The translations under genes were made by a program, and so were the position numbers. Under the pieces are notes generated by a model. That model was given only the letters and a program-made list of their open reading frames with translations. It searched no databases and was not told where the DNA came from. This document shows positions 22,996-38,200 of a stretch of 64,000 nucleotides of DNA, one piece after another. The DNA is taken from contig JASANG010000727.1 of assembly GCA_030248215.1 (NCBI GenBank), positions 310,001 through 374,000 on the forward strand. The letters run 5' to 3'. Every line of letters starts with the position of its first letter. Positions within the stretch are counted from its first letter, which is position 1. Source of the DNA: Enoplolaimus lenunculus (taxonomy: Eukaryota).

Positions 22996-25900
22996 TCATC
23001 GAGCCGCTTCTTCGATGCACAAGTCTCTGATTGCTCCGTTAAGTTCTTTAAGCTACAAAGCAACATAAAAGTTTCACATTACAGTATTTAATGCACTCTT
23101 ATAACTGAATGGACTAATCAACTGGAAGTCTGAAAAAAAGTCGGCATGCGACTTGAAATAAATAGCGGACACGAACGAATTTCTGATCTGTTTCAGGCTA
23201 TTGATGTCTGAAATACCAGACATGTATGTTTTGAAAATTTAAGAAATCAGAATTTTGAAATTTCAAGGCAATTTTTTGTGTGTGGATTACGCTAACGTCG
23301 TGCTCCACCTGATTAGTCGAAAATAGAAGTTCGTCAAAGAAAACTTTAGCTTTTGATACACAGACTATACATTACTTACTCCGTCGGTCAATTTCGTCAA
23401 ATTGGAATCAGCAAGTTGCCTTGCATTTACGGTTTCTTGTTGACTAAAAAGAAAAAATCGAACACAACTTTCCATTTTGTCAGCCCCCATTTTTCATAGC
23501 TCATGAATAACGTTCCCCTAATGTAATATTCTGTTCTTTTAAACTACGTTAAAGTGAAATGTAAGCTTCCATTAATTTTTCACGCAAAATTCCAATTTCG
23601 GTTATTTTTGAATGACTCAAATTTTGTTATTGCGTATCCTCCAGAACTGGTTTGGCACAAATCTCTGGTTTCCAACAATTGCGTTACTTACCACGCCAAC
23701 CGTTCATGTTCTGTGTATAACTCGAAATGTAATTTAGCCAATTTTTCTTGCCGATCTCGAACTTGCTTCATTTTGTCTAATGTGTCGTCAGCGACTGAAA
23801 TAAAATGGTTTCGAACATTTGAAAACATGGCGTTTAGCCACATTATCCGTTAAACCGATAGCTCAAACAACACATTTAGGATACAAAAATGAAATATATT
23901 ATTAAAGATCCAGCTATACTGAAAAAAATCCTGTAACCGCCTGTGCCATTTACCATTATGGCAACCAGGATGTAACATTTTAATTTTGGTCGGCGAAAAT
24001 GAAGATATTTTACTAAAAAATGACAATGAAAATGAATTAGATTTCATTAGTATAACATGTAGACCTTCACAATCGCCGGAAATAAGCCATCAAAGGTCGA
24101 TTTGTGGTTCCGTTTCCCGGTTCGTGTTCCGATTCTGGTATAGTAATTCCGGTTGCACCCTGATGGCAACTATAAATTTATTGACATCACTAATAACCCA
24201 ATATTGCGTCCCAAGTACTAAATATCGCTAAGTACTGTGGACGCTTGTACACTTTCTCCGCACAAGCTTAGGCTTAGGTTTAGGAAAATACATATTAAAA
24301 TCTAACCTTAAGGCTTTGCCTTAGCGTTTGCTCAAGTTGACGCCTAAGCCTTGACTCTAAATGTGGCGAAGAGCACACAAGCCGTGCTGTGGCCGACGCT
24401 TTTCACAAAAATCAGCAAAAAATCTCAGACGTAATATTTACTATGTTATCCAATTTGAAATCAAATACTGAACGCTTACCAAATGCGCGAAGTTTTCCGG
24501 CATTGAAATCTTCAAGCAAATTGAGTAAACCTTGCTCCATCAAACGAAGATCATTTTCGTCTATGAAAAATGAACGATGTTGACTATTGCTAGTCGGAGT
24601 ACTTGTGGCATAAAAGCCTGTATCCCCGTGTTTCAAATGAAACTTTTGAGGGTCATATTTGAATATCCCTGATCGCGTGCTAACACCCTGTTCAGAGGCT
24701 ACAGGCAGCGCAGTATGAAACTGTCCGTCGTCAACGTTCACCACCTTACCTCCTTGACCGCCATACTCCAGCGCTGTTGGTATTTCAATCTGAAGTTCAT
24801 TTTCACGCGCATTTCGTTGAATTAGCTTACTAGACTCATTTGACATACAAAGCTTACAGTCACTTAATGATTGTGCGATTCTAGTGTTCGAATTATTATT
24901 ATTATTATTATTATTAGACTGAGTTTTAGCGGTTGACCTAGCGGCAGTAAACTTAAACGCATCGAATTTTGAGCGAGAAGCAGAAATCAAAGTATCACGC
25001 ACATCACGCACACAATAATTAGCATCACTACGAGTATTACATGCATTACTATTACTGCTAGACCTATAACTGCCAACACCACCACTACTACTACTGCGCA
25101 TTACAGTGCTAACATCATTGCCGTTTTCAATTCGGCGTAACTTATTTCCTGCACCACGTGTTACACCGTTGACTGAGTTGATCGTGTCGCTTCCATTCGG
25201 AATTATTGTTTTTTGTTTTGAATTTGAACCAAAACGATGAAACAAAAAATCAAACCGCGATGAATTACAACTGTTTGACTGAAGTCGTTGTTGATCTTGG
25301 CCAGTAGTTTTCAAAATATTATTTACATTATGATCGCCAATACAATGTTGCTTGATGCATGGCGTAGACCCGGACGTTTTCGACAAAAATCTCACCGAAC
25401 GAGATCGAGTCCGATCGGTGTTGCGATTGTCAACGACTTTTCCAGCATTTCGCATCAAAACTGATTTGGGCTTCAACAAAGGCGGCGATGTTGCCACAGG
25501 AGTTTGTTGCGATGGGTCATTTCGGGGCACTTCGGGATTGTTTACAGAACAAGGTGACAATGGAGGCAGGGAAATTGAAGTAGGCGACAGATGGCATTGA
25601 GACATTGCGTTTGCATCGTTGACCAGATGTGGTAGTAATGTTGTTGTCACGACGTCCTCAATCGAAACGCGCAACTCATCGCGTTTGCCTAAGATAACAG
25701 ATATATGTAACGTGCAAAGAAGAGAAACAAACTAAAATACATTTTGCTAACGCTAAAACAGGATAAACTCATGCTAGTAAACAAAATATAGAGAAAATAA
25801 GTTACGTAACACTGCAAAAAAAGTTGTAAATAGTGAAAAGGGTTATTGTTTTTAGTAGCTGAAATAGTTCAGAGGTGGTAAACTGCACTAAATAAAGCAA

Positions 25901-28900
25901 AATTTGTTACTATTGCGCTATTTCGCAGCTAAACAAATTATATGCAGAAAGTTTAAATTAGATGCATTGGCTTTTGTAAACGTTCTAACGACATACTTTT
26001 AGGTTCAGCGTTCGCTTTAGCGAAAAATTTACCTAAGCCGAAGCGTTAATCATTAATGTCAGTCAGGGAAAAGAACAAGAGCCGAAGCATTTGGTTTCAA
26101 CATTGTAGTTAAACAGTATCTTTTACAACTTTGAGCGTTACCTAAAATCCTATTCGCGAGTTGTGCCCTAGTATTAATTGCATCGAGGTCCTGCCGATTT
26201 TTTGCCAGAGATTCCGACAATTTCACACATTTTTTATTATAATCTAGCTCATTTTGCTTCGACTCCATCTCCGACATATATGTAATTTGCTGACCTACGG
26301 CCTCGGGATGTACACTGTGACATTTACGTTAAGAAAGCATACATGAGTGCAAATTTTAGACAAAAATAGTCGTTCAATTATAAAATGCATGCGCTAAAAT
26401 CTAAACTATGTACAGAACAGAGTAAACTAAACATTAACGTTCAATTATAGTTTTTAGATATTTGTTAATTCGGGAAATTCTATCAATGGGTGGACTAGAA
26501 TGTTTTGTGAACTTGTGAAACAACAGTGTTTTTCCATCTATTCCAATAGTGACATTCTTCCTTCCGCTGTATGCACTTCTCAATTTTTTACAGCTGTTCA
26601 GCCGGTGTGCAGCTATGTTTTCTATAACCAGTGTTGTTGGCCGGAAAAAATTACGGGATAAATGGTTTTTTTTATTTTTTTCCGAGTGGCGTGGAAAAAA
26701 TGGAAAAAATTCATTTTTTCCCGTCATAATTTTTTTCCGGAAAAAACAACAACCTTGTCTATAACAGAGCTATCGTAGCGCAGAGGTTAGTTTGTTGGTC
26801 GGGCTGGCAATTATGACACAATGTTTAAACTTTACATCCACCGCGTTTCAACTGGTAATTAGAAAGGACCTAAATGTTTCCGGTCGAACCACAACCTTAT
26901 TTAGTATTTTCAGTCGGTAACATAAATTCGCTAAAGCGGCGTTCCTCTACGTAATAAAAGCTAAACACGACCTACACACAACAAACACACGAAAACCATT
27001 CCAAACATGGTTTCGAAAAATAAGCACAGACTAAATTATATTAAAATGACAACAGCGATAGAAGAAAACTGTTTTGTGAAAATGAATAGAAAATTGGCTG
27101 AACACCTACCTCATTATACCTTTACTTGAAGGTTTCCAACATTGATTAACTTTTAAATTTAACGCTTCAATACTGCTGTTTGTACCAGAAGAGACCACAT
27201 CTTACAGTTACATACACTGTAAAAACCGCAACACTGATCTCGGTTGCTGGTTTCTAACGGTAATGCTCGCAAACACAATTTAACTACTCGCGATTACTGC
27301 GACTATCATCGCGCCATCGTGGTACGCTAGTGTGAAAGTTTCAATCATATGTTACCGCGTTTCCTATCGCGGTTTGAAGCGCAGCAGGTCTCCGTTACAG
27401 AAAAATTTACACGAGATTATACAATCGCCGAGGTAGACACAAAGCAATGCACGTAGCCATGATTTTGGAAAGGAGTGTAACGTCTTAAATTTTCAAAGGG
27501 GGCTCTTGTGTTACCAGCTAAAATGCCTACAAACCCCTACTCAGAAATCCTAAAAGGTTTGACGTTGATCCCTCTTCGGCTGCGTCCTTCGCAGTACACA
27601 CAGCCGCGATTACACCGCACTTAATTCTGTCCGTAAGATTTCGAACAGTGCTTGAAGCAAGATTTATGACAGCTGGATTCCTCTTGGTAACGCTTAGATA
27701 TATTACGAAATAACCTAATATTTAGCCGTGTTAAGCCTATACCTAACACTATAGACATTTACCTCCACATTCCGTCGACGGTGCTGCCTCTTGCTCACTT
27801 GAAATTGAATGAGTGTGTTGAAACGCTTTCTTTTTCCCACCATCCGCAGCCACCTTGTCTTTTGCATTTGCTGAATGAGCGACACTTCCAGCATTGCCCA
27901 ACAACGGATAATCACGTGGTGGGACAGAAGAGTCCATGCTGTATGGATTGTCTTGCGAAGAAATAGCAGAAGTGCTGCCAGCATTTCGTAGCGAAGAACT
28001 CTGACGGTGTGATGAGCCTGAGTTAAACCCCATGCTTGAACCACAGCTTAAATCAATAACAACATTAGGACTAATTGCATTATCATCAACAGGAACAGTA
28101 GTTGACGTAGTGGTATTTGATAACGCAGAATGATCAATGTTAATTAACGGTATTGGATGCTGCACAGTAGCAATGGTGGCGGAAATGCTATCGTGAACAT
28201 GAGTAACGTCGACCGAAGATAAGGCTGAAATAAAAAACATACACACAAATAATATAAATCAAAAAGAATAAAACAAAACTAACTTGAGATTCTATCAATC
28301 AAAATCTCCACCCGCGACATATCTGCTGCAACTCCAAAATTCATTACGCTTACAGTTAAGTTGCTTTCAATTTTGCCGCAACGCCAGTTTAGCCATATTA
28401 TCTCCAATATAGCTATTAAGTCATGGCACCATGGCATAGTGGCTAGCCACCATAGCTACGGCGCCTGATTGGCTGACTTGTTGAAAAATCAAAACATTTC
28501 TCTTAACAGTACGTTCTAAAACTGCCAATTCAAAAAGTACGAAATAATGCTGATACCAATAGGAATACGCTATAAAACCATTGACCAATCACATTCCGAC
28601 ATAGTAGTCTGTTCTTTAGGTATGAATGTGCTGCACTCATGGTTTTTGTGTTAAATCAGGGTTTTCATCCACTTTTTTCAAAAACACCCAGCGAAATTAA
28701 AAACCCATAAGAAACACCACCAAGACTTCAAGGCTTTTTTACACAAAAGAATTTTACTGAATTCTGAAACATAAACCAAACTCAAACGCAAACTCAGACA
28801 AATATCCGTAATATTTTTGCTACTTTGTTATGTTACGTGCTGGGAGGCTAAAACATTCATTTCATAATTAACAGTATGCCCTGAGCCTGTCGGAAAGTTA

Positions 28901-30574
28901 CCAGCATGTTTTCAATCAGACGGATGGGTATAATGAACGCAAATATAGCCACTTGTTCAAAAAGTCCATTCCAATTGCTAAACTACCAACAGCTTACATA
29001 GGCCATTATTTCACTTTGCACAGCAATTTATGACTCGTTCCAGTACCCACATTTTATATGTATTTGAAAACTTGTATGCATAAGCCCTGGCTGCACAAAA
29101 TAGACCAAACACCTTACAACGTACAGATTAAGCTATTTTCATCTAATCAGGAGCTGTTGCAACCGGGGCTGGCCACAATGATATTTGGTGGCGTGGCTAT
29201 CCATATTGGCGATATGGCATCGTTTCATGATTAAGACATATACGTCAACAAGGAGCAAACTTGACTTTCGTGCTTCTATAAACTTTATAAATACCAAACG
29301 TATAGTACACGTTTACCTGCATCACTGCCATTCTCCAGCTCATTCAACTGCTGTCCATCTGACTGGTCATACCTTTGACCTGTTGTTGTTGCCCCGGCTA
29401 TCAACCCACTGGAACCAGCAAGGATTCCTGAACTACGCGACTGCGACGACCTTGACGTTGATGTACTTTTTCGGCTGCTTGCGCTTAAGGATAGACGTTC
29501 AATAAAATGACCAGATGCACCGCTACGAAAACTTCCACCAATTGACGAGATTTTTGTCGCCGCACGTTCCTTTGCTGCATTTTCCTCGTGAGATAAAGTT
29601 CCTCGATTTTGGTGATTCGCGTCTGATACACTAAACGACGTCATAGATTGCTGAGATTCGGCGGCGTCAAACTGCAATAAGAGAATAATAAATGTAGTAT
29701 ATAAGAACTCGATGTACCCATGTATCAGTGAGCAACCGGATATAAAAAAAAATAACAAATCCGGATATTTAATTGCATAAATCGGCTAAAAGTAGAAGTA
29801 AGTCACGCTAATTTCGTATTCCAAGCTATAATTTGTTATAATTTGGCCCGAAAACGTGTTTTGACATTAATTACGTTTCTTGGTATACTTCTTTCAACCA
29901 ATTCAAACAAAAGTAACTAGAAAATATTGTGATCTCAGTCAGTTTAATATCGATACATTTTCAGAAATAACAATCCTACAAAATTGTATGCCGGAGCTGG
30001 ATGCGGATGTTCTGGCAGAACCGAAGCCGGATATTCAATGCACTCCGCCCGGTATTAAACCGTACATTCGCGAACAGCTCGAGAACTATGGGATGTAAAA
30101 GAATCATAAACCTGATTCAAGCCTAAAAGCGAAAATATGTTGAATGGAAGCACGCAGAATTTTCGGTACTTTGCTTGAAATTATACACCAACATGGTGGC
30201 CCCCAAGCATATAACAGGGCCGGAACAGTAGTATAACCATATTCCTAAGCCTAAGCGTATGGATGAGCCTATCTATAAGCATATTCCTAACCCTATTAAG
30301 CCTAATCCTAAAACCTAAGCCTAAACGTATGGATGAGCCTATTCCAAAACATAAGCATAAGCAAAAAAATTAGTCTAAAGCTTAAACTCACTCTATTATA
30401 GCCCCTTCGGAAAACGATCCGGCTCTGCATTATAACTAAATGTGCTCAAGCTAACATGCGACGATGAACGAAAATTCTTTAGCCATATGACATATAGAAT
30501 TATACCTTGCCATTATCCTGTTGCAATCCGGTAGCAGACTTCAATCCCAAACTACTTCGTCGAGTGTTCTTCAT
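22996..30574 (-). CDS. CCDC28: CCDC28-family protein with long low-complexity N-terminus (~860 aa); exons 30574-30506, 29671-29317, 28224-27763, 27200-27110, 26314-26142, 25688-24480, 23794-23692, 23443-23380, 23052-22996
   Basis: SFFIDENDLRLMEQGLLNLLEDFNAGKLRAF..DKMKQVRDRQEKLAKLHFEL..ADSNLTKLTDGLKELNGAIRDL is the CCDC28 core. All junctions are GT-AG and phase-consistent; the 5' exons are less certain. Confidence 0.8.
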
Positions 30575-32295
30575 TAATTTTGATGAATCACCTGTGAAAC
30601 GAACAGTGGTCATCACTTATGTATTACCTTTATGGGAAATGCGAGTGTGTCAGCCAAAGAAACGGACTAGAGTTACAAGCTCTTAGGACGCATCTCAAAT
30701 ATACATAACGCTTTTCGCATTTTGAATAAACGGTGTATTGATGCTAAAATAGTATTTTGACCAGGGTGCAACACTCGTGTTTTGAACGAAAAATTTTCAG
30801 TTTTATAAAGGTAATAAATGTAGTGAGAAACACGTGGCGCAACCCCAATTTACGAAAATCTTCGTTTCCCTTTCCCGATCTAACATTTTTTAGTCTCAAA
30901 AGCATGATTTGAAACCCATTGCCCCGTTTTCCCAGCGAAAATTTGCAGCTGTACCATTTTCTGATTTGCTCAAAACAAACCTGCCCAGTTTTCCCAACGA
31001 AAAATTGCAGGTAATTAATATTGGCCATTCTAGCCTGCCACATGAATGACATTAATTACAAACACAAAGATACGAGAATGAAATTTACTTTGATAAAACA
31101 GCTAACAGTCGCAATATAACAAAATATGCATCAGATAAGAATAGAATAAGCTTAAGCTTTAGATTAAATTTTTTGCTTGGCTTAGACTTATGTTTACGAA
31201 TAAACTCATTCATACGCTTAGGAATAAGCTTATAACACTGTTTCGCTCCAGTTCTTTACTTTGACGGTCCATGTTACTATAAAGGCCGTCCCAATTTCCC
31301 GGGACACAAATATGTCCGGAGTGCCCACTTATGCGCTCCTGTTTACATATGCACAGGCAGACTGTCCAATCTCTCCCAACAGTCCGATGTGTCACACTGT
31401 CTCATCTGTCGCAACTATCCCACTGTCCCAATTATATTGTTTGAATGTACTCTTGGTACATTGCTGTCCGGGGAAAATGGGACGGATACTCCTGTTACAT
31501 TTCTGTCCCGGGAAAATGGTATGGCCTTTGAAGTAACATTGGCCATGATGTTTTAAGCATGTATCTTTACAAAATCTTCCCATGTTATTTTAAAGGGCGT
31601 CCAGGTTTCTGGTGTGTCTATAAGAGTTAGGAATACGCTTAATCTACTGTTACGCCCATAAAAGTAACATTGGCCGCAAAATCAACTCAGAATAATACTC
31701 CAGTTAACAAAACTTCAAGTTTTATAAGGTATGTACGCATTTTGAAATAAAGTACAATGCAGGGTGTAAACGGATAGCAAAAATAACGGAAGCGGACAGT
31801 GATAGAAATACCGGAAACGGATATTGAAGTATAAAAGTTTCAAAGATATTTTATTTTTTGCCAACAATTTAAGATGTGAGAATATTTTATAGGCCTTTCC
31901 AAAATTTTACACAAAAATGGGATATGAGCGGAAATTTTTTAAGATTTTGGATGAATTCCGGAATTTTTATTTCATTTACAACAAGAGCAGCATATCTGCA
32001 ATGAAAAATTGCGAGATGTGCACAGGATTTACAATTAATTTTGTTCATAAAAATAACAGGAAGTTCCGGGGAAACGGATCTCTGGTTACACCTTGGTAAA
32101 ATGCAGTTCAAACTACGAGTTATACACCACAGCTTGTGCTAATATGAATATTTTTGCGCCGGACCCTTTTACTAAAAATAACGAGTAAAAAACGTTTTTT
32201 CCTCAAGTTTATACTTCCAAACAACCATTCAGCAAACTAACAAAACTAAATACAACACAATTGCAATTGGTGCATTCCTACAGCTTCAATAATGA

Positions 32296-35200
32296 CTAAT
32301 TTTTTCCGCAGCCACCAAAGTATGCTGACCGCCAGTGCTCACCGCCACAACCTTATGTTCTGCTAAGTGATTTGACGTAGCTTCGGCTGGGGCTAACACA
32401 ACCATACAATCATCGGTTGGACCGAGACCAAGTTGAGCTTCAGAATTATATCCCCAACCAAATAATCGACCTGAAATTACACATTATGTACAATATTACC
32501 TACTTCAAAACACTGTACAGCGAAAATGTAATAAAGAATTCCAGAAAGAATTCACGGTATTCTACTCTACTTATTTTCATACTAGCACGGCGGATTCAGA
32601 ATGTTCCAATAGAATAGAACACTTTATGTATTTGTTAAATTTTATAACCATGTTCTGTTCGGCAAGTATTTCGATATTAATTTCTTTGAACTTGTGTTGC
32701 ATTCTAGCAAGAAAATACATCAAAACCTAACCAATGTTATCTTACCGTCGTTCGAAACACACAGACCGAACGCAGAGTTTGCGGAAATACTACGGGCACT
32801 CAATTTCTCAGGTAATGTCACTTGGCAGAAAATATCTACGTAGTCACAGTCTTTGCCAATACCAAGTCGGCCATCGTCACCGCGTCCAATAGAAAATATT
32901 TCACCTAAATAAAAATGTATTCTGGATGGTATTACTTCGTGAAAGCTTGCACATCCCAACGATTATAAAATAACTATGTGATGAAATATAACTAACCGTA
33001 AATTCTGTTTACAGGCACCAGCAATTTACTGCACACTTTTCGGTTGTAAAACTAAAAAACAAATAATAAAACTAAGTCATGCATTAATACTAATACGTAC
33101 TCCGAAACAATAGTTTGTATTTTATTACGGCTAAAATAACATTAATTTATACAATATTAACCTGTTTCTGTTAATGTGATAGTGTGATGTTCTCCGACAA
33201 TTCCAACAAACAGACCATTAGACGAATTCGCCAACTCAAACTTCGGAGCAAGCTTTGCAAAAGAATAATTATTTTCCTGCTGTTTATCCACAATACCTAT
33301 AACAAAAGCCATTATAATGAAAAACATTGCGTGGTTGATTAATGATTCATTAGAAAGAACATCGAGAACAAAAAAATATGTAGTAGCGTTCGAAAATCGG
33401 ACCGGGGAATTGACTTCAGAAACGAGATATTGACTGAAGTATAACATCAGGATGTGAGTTTGAGTTTTAAGTCAGTGAAAAGTTAGAAAATTTTAATTGT
33501 TCAGAAGAAAACAATATAACTAAGAAAATTCCTGACGCATCTTCGAAAAGATGATACTTTAATCACTCTTTCCAATCTTACGTTGTTAAATACAACCACA
33601 GAAAACCTCTTAAGAAACGAAAACATCGGAACAGCAGTATATCTTCACACAGAAATTCTAACATTCATATTCTTTTAAGTCTGACAGATCCATCAACATT
33701 AAAGTGTTTCGTGTCAAGTTTCCAAATTTCGGAAACTTAGAAGTATCAAAAAGAACATTAAATTAATCTATCAAAAAACATAAAACATAAATAAGAAACA
33801 CGCGTACCAAGCTGAGAGTAATTGTTAAGTCCACAGGCATATATTTGGTTACTATCTGCAGCTTGCAAGAATGTTGAATATGCAGACGCCCAGGCATTAC
33901 CAAAACGTTTTGGAGATCCTCGCATCTGAGCCATTCGAATATGTCCTGGAGCGCACATCAACACAGGAGCTGGATTCTCGTCTAGAAAGTTTTACGTACA
34001 CAGAGTCCTGATTTAATTTCAATTACAGTAAAAAATCAGTGTGTTACCACTCACCGGTATTCTTAAGTGGAATGAACTTTCAGACGCAATATTAACGTTC
34101 TGTAAATTTGACGGAATGGTACAAACCAGAAAGTTTCAATTCAAAAATACTTGCCTAGGCTTAAATGTTTGGGCCAATGTAAAGAACAGGGGCGGGACAG
34201 TATTATAAGCATATTCCGAAACCTAAGCATATGCCTTAGCCTAAACCTTAAGTCGGACATAATGAAAGCTAAAATCATTTACCAGTTCGGTGAGTGCGAC
34301 GTCTTTCCCACGATGCGACATAGAACTGTCCCAGTTGACCGACGTTACCGCAGCCAGTAGTGAGCACTGTTCCATCTGCGCATAGCATAACTAAATGATG
34401 ACATCCTGAGCTGATTTTGACTACTGCATTACTACGATTTGATGACCTATGTAACAACACTGGCGTTTGAGAGGCTTTAAGTTTGTCGGTGAGGAATTTT
34501 CTTGCATTTTCGTCCTGAAACAACAAACACACATTAATAAGGGGCCATGCACAACACCGCATCTTCCACATAAAATCACGCTTAAAACCTAATCACTAAA
34601 TCATTTCCTAGATAGTCTTTGTATTTCCGGATACAAAGTTCTAACCGTATAAGAGTAGCAGAGAGCAAAACAACCTGTATTGATGTCGAACTAAATTTTC
34701 GCACATTACACACATATCGTCCCTGGTTTGAGCAAAGGGCGTATCACATATAATCTTAAAAAGTTGAGCATTGGACCCAAAAATGACCATTGGTTTATGT
34801 AGAATGTTTCCAGCAAAGGTCGTAACGCTGATACTTAGCACAGATCGCGATAAAATTTATTTTGCAATTGCCTCATATCAAATGGTTACAAAGCAAAAGC
34901 AGTATCATAATACAACTTTTACGTACATATAGGAAATTATAAACTTGTAACATGATCAAAGGACCTATGTTCATACGTCTTTTGCAACATTGCTTTAAAA
35001 TGTATATATAATGCACATACGCAAAAGACGTATCTTACGGATTGATAAATTTTAAAAGATTTTGCATACGTATTATTTAACTTTAACGGAATGCGGCTGG
35101 GCGGGCCTACCCCTCGTGAGACATATTGCTCTTTAACGCCTGATATGTGTAACAAAACTTGGTTTCTGCGGAAAAGGGAATTAAATAACCTGATTTTCAT

Positions 35201-38200
35201 TTGCAAATTTTGGATGTGAAATATGTCTTACGGCAGCAGTTGTTGGTAAGTGCGGCGGGTGGCCTAGCCGAAATAAGCAATTTTCTCACATTCCTTGCAC
35301 CCAAAAACCCTTCAGCCACCCTAATAATTTTTGGAATAATTTAAAAAGTCCAAATTTTGTCTTGTTAATTAAGCTAATATGCAAATTAGCTATTAGCTAA
35401 CTATTCAATTATCGGTTTTGAAGGTTTGTAAACAATTTACTCAGATTCGTCGCACCCAAAAACTTTCAGTAAACCCTAATAATTATTGAAATAATTTAAA
35501 AAGTCCTAGTTTTGTCTTGTCAATTAAGGTAATATGCCAATTAGCTATTAGCTAACTATTCAATTATCGGTTTTGGATGTTTGTAAACTATTTATGCAAA
35601 TTCCTCGCACCTAAAAACTCTTTAGTGCTGAAATTATATCGCTTTTAACCTTAATAATTAGTGAAATATTGTAAAAAGTCCTAATTTAGGCTTATAAACT
35701 ATGCGAATATGCAAATTATCTATTAGCTAAATGCTCAATTATCGGTTTTGGAGGTTTGTAAACAGTCTACGCAGATTCCTCGCACCCAAAAACCTTTTAA
35801 TGCTAAATTAGATTGCTTCTAACTGTAATAATTAGTGAAAAATTGTGGAAAGTCCTAATTTAGGCTTAATTAATTGTGCAAATTAGCCTGTAGCTAATAA
35901 ACGGCTTAAAATTTAAAAACCCCAATGCGAGGTTAACACCCCAGGATAATTGGCTTTCAAACAAAAAAGTTTATCAAAATCGGTTCAGCCGTTCCTGAGA
36001 TTCTTTTCGGACGGACGACGGACGGACGTCCACCTTTCGACCCCCAAGTACAAAACATAAAACGCTTCGCGAAACTCCGCGCTTCGCTCGGAGTTTCGCT
36101 TCGCTCAATTACCTTAAAACAACCTGTTGCCCATACACTGCCATCGTCGGAAAGCAACGCAGTGTGACAATCGCCAGCAGATATTCCTACGATTCTGGCC
36201 ATGTCGTCCGGAAATTGCATTTTATCAGGAAGAAGTGCATCATCATCGCTAGAGAGCAAACGTCCCAATGCACCGTCATCTTGACATCCCCAAGAATAAA
36301 CCTAAATGTTTTATATACTGTTGTCAATCTTTCAGTCCTGATCTTCCATTCCATGTAGCGTCATCTATGCTGGTTGGAATAATACATTTCTGTCAAAAGT
36401 TTACATTCATTTCTGTCAATAGTTTCGCTACAAGAATTACAAGCAGCTTGGCGATACAACTTCCTCGGTTTTTCAGTGTTTCAAAATGCAGTCCAAAAAA
36501 TATCATGTGGCTTTGGCACAGCAGCAAAAGCATTCGATAACACAGTCAGAGTTCCTACAGCAAAGCCAGAATATATGCAAAGCAGTAAATGACCCCTCGC
36601 GAACGAAGTAAGGAAGATCCAGACATACTCTTCGTAGAAAAACTAACCGCAAACCACATATACAGAATTCTTCTTAGATCTGTGTGAAAACGACAGTGGG
36701 AGGCCAATCTTTATAACAAAATAAAACACCGCTCGAGAGACTTCAATAAGATAACTAGCGTACTGTAAAAAGCTAAGAACTTAATGTGTTAATCGACATG
36801 ATTGCAACATTTACAACTCACTACCCGTATATTTCTTCATGCAAAATCACTCATGAAAACTGCAAAAAATACATAGTTGCTTTAAACTTGAATTACGTAT
36901 AATGGGCGCTCCAGCTTCATTAATATTGATTTCGCATTACGCACTTTAATATGCAACAACGGTTTATCATCTATTTGAATTTCAATAATATATTGTGCCA
37001 CAAATTATAAATTATATAAAGATACTCTGAGGTCCTGATACTGACGATATCAACAAAGTTGGTGTTAATCAAGCACACACGCACCTCGCCGTCATTTGTC
37101 AATACAACAGAATGCATAGCTCCAGCAGCTATTTGTCTAAATTTCTTTCCCACAGGTAGATCATCAATACGACGAGGTTTTGTACACCTTGGACGATCAT
37201 AGCCAAGCTGGCCAGCGTCATTTGAGCCACAACTGAGCACGATATCAGCGTTGAGCGAGCAGCAATAATCGGCCTGTTTGAGCAGTGCTTTACGAGATGT
37301 CGATGCTGAAATGTAATAATTGTAAAAAATGCATATATATACACCAAAAACAAGTATATACCTACCGAGATTGACGAGAAATCCGGTTAGCTAACAGTTA
37401 GTTTGAAGTCACTGAAAATATATTTCTGCTCGACCTACCACCAACAGTGAACAAATTTAGATCCTACATTAGATTAACAACCGGCTCCGGTAAATAATTT
37501 ACAACACATACGTACAAGCAAAGAAGCAAAGATAACTACGTAATTAGGAACATCATGGGAACCTTGGTGTGTCAGTAACGATACATTTAATCATTGTCTC
37601 ATTGTCCATGCTGTTTTAAAGAGAGGTGTAATTAAAACTAAAACTATACCCAACTAAACAATATTTCAAAAATTCAAGAATATCCAACGTCAGATTAAAT
37701 GATTCTACCGTTTGACACTGACACCGATTTTGCTTTCGTGTCATCTTCTACTTTGTCTCGTGGAATCTTGATGTTTTCTTCTGTAAGATGCCCTTTTAGC
37801 TTCTATAACAATACTGAAGAACAATAATAAAATACAACTACGTGTTATATGTACAACGGTTCATTTCAATTAATTTTTTCACACACAAACACAAGAGGCA
37901 TGACAGTTTTTGATCAGACGCTTGATATACGCCACCATAGTGAATTTTTTTACCCGAACCCGATATAGCATCTATATATGTGCAATGATTGAAGTATATA
38001 TTTAAATCGCACAACCGCATATGTTTGCTGAATTAGAATTAGAATTGTTAGCTTGGATTTTTCATTTTTACAGCAGCGTATCAAAACTTAAATTTCTTGA
38101 CATGCCCAGAAACGCAATCTTAACTTTCTGGATCCGGTTTCTGTAATATTTTCAAATTCCGGTTTCCGTAAATTCATAGATATCAGGGTGTAACCAGAAA

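Noticed and set aside
28555..28650. U17/snR30 m1/m2-like motifs near RCC1
   Set aside because: The motifs are in the wrong order or on the wrong strand, and no H/ACA fold is evident.
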